A stretch of 64,000 nucleotides of DNA from Conexibacter sp. (lineage in GTDB: Bacteria; Actinomycetota; Thermoleophilia; Solirubrobacterales; Solirubrobacteraceae): the NCBI GenBank assembly GCA_035572475.1, contig DATNAP010000045.1, forward strand, positions 22,399 through 86,398, read 5' to 3'. How positions within the stretch are numbered: position 1 is the stretch's first letter; each line of letters opens with the position of its first letter. The notes beneath the pieces were generated by a model. It was not told the DNA's origin and ran no database searches. It saw only the letters and a list, made by a program, of their open reading frames with translations. This document shows positions 58,427 to 64,000 of the stretch, piece by piece. Both the position numbers and the translations under genes were made by a program.

Positions 58427-60858
58427 GCCGCACGCGGGGTCGTGTTGAGCGCGTCGAGCAGGTCCGCGAAGACGAGATCGACTTGCAGCTCGCCGACGCG
58501 GCCGTCAAGGTCGCGCATGAGACAGCGGCCCTTGCGGTAGCTGCGCAGCCGGGCGACCAGGCCGCGGTCGGTCGAGTCGAGCCCGATCAGCTCAAGCGCA
58601 CGCCGCGCCTCCGCATCGGACTCCTGCCCGAAGATCAGGTAAGTGCCGACGAGGTCCGAGAGGTCGCCAAGATCCTCCAGGCGTTGTGTCGCCAGCAGGA
58701 CCGTCGCGTTGTACGCGCGACCCAGCCGAACAAGTCGATTGACGAGCGAGCGGCCCTGAGTGCTCGTGAGGAGAAACCACGCCTCATCGAGCAGGACGAC
58801 CTTGTGGCGGGTGCGATCGCCGGAGACGAGCCGCAGCGCGTAGGCGGCGACGAGCGAGAGCGTGGCGACGCTGACGCGCTCCGAGCGTGTGTACGTCTCT
58901 CGGCTCGCGCGCGGGTCGGGCAGCGTCAGGCCGGGCGTGCGAATCGTCGTGACCGGCGCCGTCGTGCCGGCGGCGGCGTGCGAGCTGCCGTCGCCGAAGC
59001 CGAGCCGCGCGAGCCCGAAGTCGGCGAGCACGTCGAGCGCGTCGGCCGCCTCCTGCGCGGCCGAGGCATCGCTCGTGCGCAGCCGCTCGATCACGGCGAG
59101 CGACGACCGCTCGCGCGCGCGTACGGCGTCGCGCACCGCGCGCTGAATCGCGTTCTCCCACGACGGCGGCGGCTCGCGCAGCAGGTCGAGGTAGTACGAG
59201 CTGGCCAGCTCCTCGCGCAGATCCTCCAGCCCGATTGCGAGCGGATCGAGCGCGCCGCGATGCTGCTCGGCGCCGGACAGCTCCAGTACGTCGACGCGCC
59301 CGGCGAGCTGCGGAACGCGGTCCAATCCGTGATCGGGCTTCGGGTCGAAGTCGATCACCCGCGACCCGCGCCGCTCAGACGCGAACGCGACCAACTCGGC
59401 GGCATTCGTCTTGCCGCTCCCGAGCGTGCCCGCGAACAGGACCGCCGACGTGCGCGCCTCCCGGCTCGGGGCGGTCGGGTCGTACTTGACCGGTCGCCCG
59501 CCGGCGCCACCGGAGACGCCGATGTAGATGCCGCGCTCGGCGCCGACGCGCTGGGTGCCGAGCGGCATAAGCGCGCCGAACTGCTCGACGGTCAACTGCG
59601 ACGTGTAGTCGCTGACCGTGCCGCCGTCCGGACGCGGCAGATGATCGAGATACAGCGCCTCTTGGAGCCCTCGCGGACGATGGAGCGTCAGCTCGCCGAA
59701 CTGGTCGCGCAGCGCCGTGACGCGGCGCTCCAGCTCGATTTCCTCCGGCGCGCCGACCGCGAACCCGAGCGTGCCGAACAGCATCGGCGGGTGGCCCGAG
59801 CCTTGGAGGATCGCCTCGTACTCGCGTGCGAGTACGCGATCCTCCTCGGCGAGCAGGCTCACGCCGCGAACGTCACCTTCGATCTGGTCGCGGTGGACCT
59901 GCTCGACATCGGTAATTCGGCGGCGGACCTGCGCGAGCGCCTGACGATTTCCGACCCAGCGGAAGTGCCCGACTGCATCGACCGGGAACGGCAGCGCCTC
60001 CAAAGGCGCGAACAGGAGCTCCGAGGCCGGGCCGGGGAATTCGGGTGCGTCGGCGAGCGAGCCGAGACACAGCAGCGCTTGATGCGAGTCGCCACGCTCA
60101 GCCTCGACGAGCAACCGGGGTGCGCCGCCGCGCGCCTCGCTGACGGGCGCGTTGCAGCAGCGCCAAAGGTCGAATTCGAGCGGCTGATAGGCAATCTCCT
60201 CGTCGTCCGTCTCGATGACGAGCGCGTCCGGCTCCCAATAGCGCTCGAGACTTGGCTCGCCGACGCCGCGCAGCTCGACGCGTCGAAGCAGCCACTCGAT
60301 CTCGCGCGTGCTCGCGCGCTCGCACGCGAGTACGCCGCGCACCTGCTCGAAGCACCGGTGCTCGGCGACCGCGATCGCCTCCAGCTCGGCGCCGGAGATC
60401 GGTTGCGCAGCGGCGACCCCGGCCAGGTCTTCGAGTCGGCGCCGCGCACGATCGACGGAGCGCACGACGCCTGCGCCGAATCCACCGGCCGGCGCGTCGC
60501 GCAGAGCGACGACGGCGAAGACCTCGGGGACGTGCGAGGCGAGCTGCGCGAGGCGGCGGCGGTGTCCTTCCAGATAGCTCGTAAAGGCCGCCGGGTCCTG
60601 CTCGCGTGGATCGAGCAGAACCGCTGTCTCCTGCACATAGCGATCAGCCGGATAGGCGCGCGGGATGCGGTAGATCGAGAAGTCGGAGCCGACGAGCGCG
60701 GCGAAGCGCTCCAGCGTTCGGAGCCAGCGCCACTTCTCGGCGGCCGGCAGGAACGGGTACGCGACCGTGCCGAGCTTGTAGACGGCCGCGCGCTCCCCGC
60801 CGGGTCCAAGCAGGACGTTCGCGCGGACGTAGCGCAGAGGGAACTTGGCGACCGTCAC
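58423..60858 (-). CDS. VirB4/TcpF-like ATPase (AAA_10)
   Basis: GTLGSGKT, DFDPKPD, LDEAWFL, RLGRAYN...ATQ, GRCLMRDL.GR. Confidence 0.9.
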   Translation of the reverse strand: MTVAKFPLRYVRANVLLGPGGERAAVYKLGTVAYPFLPAAEKWRWLRTLERFAALVGSDFSIYRIPRAYPADRYVQETAVLLDPREQDPAAFTSYLEGHRRRLAQLASHVPEVFAVVALRDAPAGGFGAGVVRSVDRARRRLEDLAGVAAAQPISGAELEAIAVAEHRCFEQVRGVLACERASTREIEWLLRRVELRGVGEPSLERYWEPDALVIETDDEEIAYQPLEFDLWRCCNAPVSEARGGAPRLLVEAERGDSHQALLCLGSLADAPEFPGPASELLFAPLEALPFPVDAVGHFRWVGNRQALAQVRRRITDVEQVHRDQIEGDVRGVSLLAEEDRVLAREYEAILQGSGHPPMLFGTLGFAVGAPEEIELERRVTALRDQFGELTLHRPRGLQEALYLDHLPRPDGGTVSDYTSQLTVEQFGALMPLGTQRVGAERGIYIGVSGGAGGRPVKYDPTAPSREARTSAVLFAGTLGSGKTNAAELVAFASERRGSRVIDFDPKPDHGLDRVPQLAGRVDVLELSGAEQHRGALDPLAIGLEDLREELASSYYLDLLREPPPSWENAIQRAVRDAVRARERSSLAVIERLRTSDASAAQEAADALDVLADFGLARLGFGDGSSHAAAGTTAPVTTIRTPGLTLPDPRASRETYTRSERVSVATLSLVAAYALRLVSGDRTRHKVVLLDEAWFLLTSTQGRSLVNRLVRLGRAYNATVLLATQRLEDLGDLSDLVGTYLIFGQESDAEARRALELIGLDSTDRGLVARLRSYRKGRCLMRDLDGRVGELQVDLVFADLLDALNTTPRAA

Positions 60859-61568
60859 GGCCGCAGCTCCAGCGTGTGCCCGGCGCGCAGCTCGACGCGC
60901 TCGACTCGCGACGTGCGCGAGCTGGTAGGCGCGGGCTTCGATCTCGCCGTCCAGCGCCGAGGCCGAAGCCGCCCGCGTCGGAGCGTCACCGGGCGCGCGA
61001 GCCGCACGCGCGCCGGGCCGACGATGCGGGCGCGCCGCAGCTCGGGCGTATGCGTGTCCAACGCGACGGCGACCGCCGCGCCCAGCTCGACGCGCTCGCC
61101 GAGCGCGGGTGTCGGGCGCGCGAGCGAGCGCCGCGCCGGCCGCACCTGCAACGCGACCCACGACAGGGAGTAGCGATGCGCCGCGCGCCCGTCCGGCGTC
61201 GCCTGCGTGGCGAGCGTGGCGACCAGCGCCGGGAGGACGATCAACCGCAGCGGCCAGTCCACCGTCCCGACGAGCCAGCCGAGCACCTGCACGCCGCCGA
61301 ACACGGCGCCGCTCGCGACGAGCGCGGTCGAGCGCCCGCCGAGCGTGACGGCGTAGATCGCCGCCACGGCCGCCGCCACCAGGGCGAGAACCAGCGAGCG
61401 CGACGAGAGCGCGAGCAGCGTCAGCAGCGCGCCGATCGCGTAGCCGAGCCACCGCAGCGGGACACCGCCGGGCACCGGAAGTCGGTGACCCTCGACTTGA
61501 TAGATGCGCCGCTCGGGCTTGAAGATCCGCGAGTACGAGCGAATCGGCGCGCGGTCGTCGGCGCTCAT
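60855..61568 (-). CDS. TcpE-family conjugation protein
   Basis: IRSYSRIF..ERRIY.V, TMs, PDGR; immediately before the VirB4-like ATPase. Confidence 0.75.
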   Translation of the reverse strand: MSADDRAPIRSYSRIFKPERRIYQVEGHRLPVPGGVPLRWLGYAIGALLTLLALSSRSLVLALVAAAVAAIYAVTLGGRSTALVASGAVFGGVQVLGWLVGTVDWPLRLIVLPALVATLATQATPDGRAAHRYSLSWVALQVRPARRSLARPTPALGERVELGAAVAVALDTHTPELRRARIVGPARVRLARPVTLRRGRLRPRRWTARSKPAPTSSRTSRVERVELRAGHTLELRP

Positions 61569-61891
61569 CCGAGCACCTGCTGGCCAATCGCCCGAGCGGT
61601 GTTCGCGATCTGGTCGGGGCTGAAAACCAGCCACGCGACGACCACGGCCGCCAGCAGGAACACGGCCAGTTCCGAGTACCGCCGGTTAATGAGGAAGACG
61701 AGGCCGACGATTGCGACGACGCCGCCATAGATTTGGCCGGCGTAGCCCTTGAGCAGCGTGCCGATGTTTCTGCCAACGTCGTTGCCGGCCGCGAGCGCGT
61801 CCGGGACGATCACGAGCAGCGTCGCGACGGCCACGGCGGCGACCAGCGCGGCGAGCACAAGCCCGCGGTGGAGACTGCGCCGGGCGCTCAT
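61565..61891 (-). CDS. Pilin-like (VirB2/TcpD-like) small membrane protein
   Basis: Signal-like ALAA followed by two TM helices; 108 aa. Confidence 0.6.
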   Translation of the reverse strand: MSARRSLHRGLVLAALVAAVAVATLLVIVPDALAAGNDVGRNIGTLLKGYAGQIYGGVVAIVGLVFLINRRYSELAVFLLAAVVVAWLVFSPDQIANTARAIGQQVLG

Positions 61892-62799
61892 GCGCTCGGC
61901 CCTCCCGCGACCGACTGGACGTACCAGCGATCCCGCTCGATGAGCGTCAGCCGGTAACGCAGGGGGTAAGTCGCCCGGCTGGTGTCATCGCGCACCTGCA
62001 CGGCGACGCCGACGACGCGGGCGCGCCCGCTGCTCGGCTCGCGGACGATCTCGCCGACCGACACGACGGCCAGCCCGGCCGGCATCGGCGCCACTCGCGA
62101 TCCTGGCGCGAGGAAGTAGGCGAGAGTGCCCGTGTCGGCACCGCTCAAATAGGCCCGGAGGAAGCGGCCCGCTACATCGCTGATGGCGCCCGCGTCCGGG
62201 TCCGTCATCGGCGCCGGCGACTGCGCCGGAGCGCTGCCGCGTGGCGGCGGCGCGCTCAATGACGGCAGGTCGTCCACGACCAGGCCGCCGTCACCATCGC
62301 GCGCGACCGGGACCGTCAAGTAGACGGTTCGGCCGTCGCTGAGGAAGGCTGCGACGGTGAGGAGCGCGCGGGATTCGCCCAGGGAGACTTCCCGCGCCAC
62401 CGTCGCCTGCGCGACCAACGCCCCTGGGCCGCGTGGCGACACGCGTACGGCCGCCAGGTCGCTCAAGCCCGACGCGAGGAACGAATTTACGTCTCGCGCG
62501 CGCTGCGCCTCGCGTCTCGGCGCGACGGTGAGATACGCGCGAGCGAACGCGATAGCGAACGCCCGCGCGTCACCGTCCGGGAAGCCGGACAGACGCGAGG
62601 CTGACGACGGTCTGTTACTCGTCGTCGGGGTGCTGCTGATGATTGCGCCGAGGCCGCGCACGAAGACGAGCGCGACGCACGCCCACAAAGCCAGCCGCCC
62701 AGCCGTCCGCAGCGCGGACGGCTGGCGCACGGCGCGCCGGGGCGCGTTGCCGTCGGGCGTTGAACCCGAACCTGCGCCGCGACTAACAAATGCCTTCAC
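61888..62799 (-). CDS. TcpC-like conjugal transfer protein
   Basis: TM then two NTF2-like repeats (FA..F.RAYL / RFLRAYL...L.Y); first gene of the tra string. Confidence 0.8.
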   Translation of the reverse strand: MKAFVSRGAGSGSTPDGNAPRRAVRQPSALRTAGRLALWACVALVFVRGLGAIISSTPTTSNRPSSASRLSGFPDGDARAFAIAFARAYLTVAPRREAQRARDVNSFLASGLSDLAAVRVSPRGPGALVAQATVAREVSLGESRALLTVAAFLSDGRTVYLTVPVARDGDGGLVVDDLPSLSAPPPRGSAPAQSPAPMTDPDAGAISDVAGRFLRAYLSGADTGTLAYFLAPGSRVAPMPAGLAVVSVGEIVREPSSGRARVVGVAVQVRDDTSRATYPLRYRLTLIERDRWYVQSVAGGPSA

Positions 62800-62864
62800 T
62801 TACAACGACCTCCGTGTTCACACCAGCCGGGGGGGCTGATTTGGGGGAGGTTTTGTTGTAAGTG
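62797..62864 (-). promoter_or_regulatory. Leader hairpin sequestering the RBS and GTG of tcpC
   Basis: mRNA 5' cacttacaacaaaacctcc pairs with ggaggtcgttgtaagtg (SD plus start codon). Confidence 0.6.
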
Positions 62865-62926
62865 GGCTATGTGTGAAGGTCTACAACTACGTAACTACAT
62901 AGTTGCGTGCCCGCTGGTTAACGACG

Positions 62927-62960
62927 AAAAGCGGGGACAGCCCGAAGGCCGTCCCCGCTT
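62927..62960 (-). terminator. Intrinsic terminator after the ArsR gene (cUUCGg loop)
   Basis: gcggggacggcc-ttcg-ggctgtccccgc-tttt. Confidence 0.85.
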
Positions 62961-62984
62961 GCGCCTGCCGTCCCCGTGGACGGC

Positions 62985-63323
62985 TTAGGTGTCGTTGATG
63001 ACTTGAGCGGCGATCTGATCCACCATCCAGAGCGCCGTCCAGTCGGCCAGCTCGTAGCGTACGGCGTTGCCCTCCTTCGAGCGCGTCACGAACCCGGCGC
63101 CGTACAGAACCGCTAGATGCTTCGAGACGTTCTGATGCGTGGTCGCCGGCAAGCCGTCACAGAGCTGCTGCACTGTTGCGCCTCTGTCGAAAGCATCGAG
63201 CAGCACCATGATTCGGACCCGCATTGGTTCGGCGACGATCCGCAGCCAGTTCGTCACGACTTCGACGGTCGCCTCCGGCAGCGAGCGACGATTGCGCGAA
63301 GCCGCTTCGGCTGGCGTCGTCAT
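62985..63323 (-). CDS. ArsR/SmtB-family regulator
   Basis: AEPMRVRIMVLL...TVQQL...THQNVSKHLAVLY.AG.V.RSKEG..VRYEL. Confidence 0.88.
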   Translation of the reverse strand: MTTPAEAASRNRRSLPEATVEVVTNWLRIVAEPMRVRIMVLLDAFDRGATVQQLCDGLPATTHQNVSKHLAVLYGAGFVTRSKEGNAVRYELADWTALWMVDQIAAQVINDT

Positions 63324-63484
63324 GGCGACGTTCGGTGCTGCGCCAGGTTTGGTTGCCCGCTTCCGTCGCGCGGGTACACTCCCCGCCGTGGGTGCATTCT
63401 CTGCCTCCCGCTGAAAACAACTTTGCGGAAGAAACCTTCCGTAATAAAGGTATCCGCGTCTACAACTGCGCAAACACATACTTA

Positions 63485-63534
63485 CTTGCGCAATCGCGCA
63501 TTTCAGCGCTAACGTGTGAACGCTTGCGCAATCG
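63485..63534. promoter_or_regulatory. Duplicated CTTGCGCAATCG boxes in a divergent promoter region
   Basis: Exact 12-mers at 63485-63496 and 63523-63534 with palindromic TTGCGCAA core. Confidence 0.6.
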
Positions 63535-63553
63535 TTAGTGAAAGAGGACGACT

Positions 63554-63904
63554 GTGGAAGGCGAAGCAGCAGCGCACTACAGCTCCTACAGCGGCTTTCT
63601 GAAGCAGGACCCGCGCCGTCGAGCAGCGCGCGTGCTTGAGATCGGGCACGACTGGCAAGACGACGAGCAGCGCCGCTTCCGGGTCTGCTACTACACGGCG
63701 ACCGGCGAGCTGACGGCGGAGCGACTGTCGGGTCCGCTCGATCTCGAAGACTTCGAGCGCGGCGTCGAGGGCGTGGCCATCGTCGCCGTCATCCCGTCGC
63801 ACGACGAGCTAGAGCGGAGGCTCGGCACCTGGCCGATGGTCGAGCGCTGTCAGCCGCGGACGCTCACGCGGCTTCGCGAGCTGGTTCGAGATTCGGCTCC
63901 TTGA
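63554..63904 (+). CDS. Hypothetical protein
   Basis: 116 aa after an aagagga RBS. Confidence 0.6.
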   Translation: MEGEAAAHYSSYSGFLKQDPRRRAARVLEIGHDWQDDEQRRFRVCYYTATGELTAERLSGPLDLEDFERGVEGVAIVAVIPSHDELERRLGTWPMVERCQPRTLTRLRELVRDSAP

Positions 63905-64000
63905 CGCATTCGATGGCTCGCTTGTAGATGTCCAACGGGCGTCTGTCGATGACCTGATAGCACGTTGCGCGGCCCCTTCTTCTGCCTCGGACGATCTGCG

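Larger units (their letters stand above)
46009..64000 (-). mobile_element. Integrative conjugative element (tyrosine integrase, Replic_Relax relaxase, Tcp-like T4SS); far end not seen
   Basis: Begins at the tRNA fragment; encodes int, Xis-like HTH, relaxase, VirD4-like and VirB4-like ATPases, VirB6/8-like proteins and a murein hydrolase. Confidence 0.88.

Overview
This is a very GC-rich chromosomal window. Gene content and style suggest Actinomycetota, probably Thermoleophilia/Solirubrobacterales (Conexibacter-like); that assignment is inference. Bases 1-43.7 kb are core genome: groES-groEL with two CIRCE boxes, an lhr-nei repair cluster, ychF, mce, an FtsH-like protease, rarA, sirC, moaC/moaB, ccmABCD-hemA-hemC-cobA/hemD, an HTH-HipA module fused to birA, an SF2 helicase with a structured leader, tlpA-GNAT-galT-dtd, and an opp/dpp transporter. 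Bases 44-46 kb hold an orphan gene with a symmetric 8-Cys ladder and a broken tRNA-Arg(CCT). From that tRNA to about 64 kb lies an integrative conjugative element: tyrosine integrase, Xis-like HTH, Replic_Relax relaxase, split coupling protein, C5 DNA methyltransferase and Tcp-like T4SS, arranged as one nearly fully coupled ~16 kb gene string. The most striking signal is codon-level. The normally rare Arg codon AGA is strongly enriched in some core genes (13 of 38 Arg codons in oppA; 7 in the helicase tail), mostly at positions that read naturally as Lys. This could be a reassigned or specialised AGA codon. Other leads are two candidate structured RNA leaders, a palindromic MITE-like element, a Cys-rich SirC extension, an integrase with an inserted wHTH, and vapC/hicA remnants.
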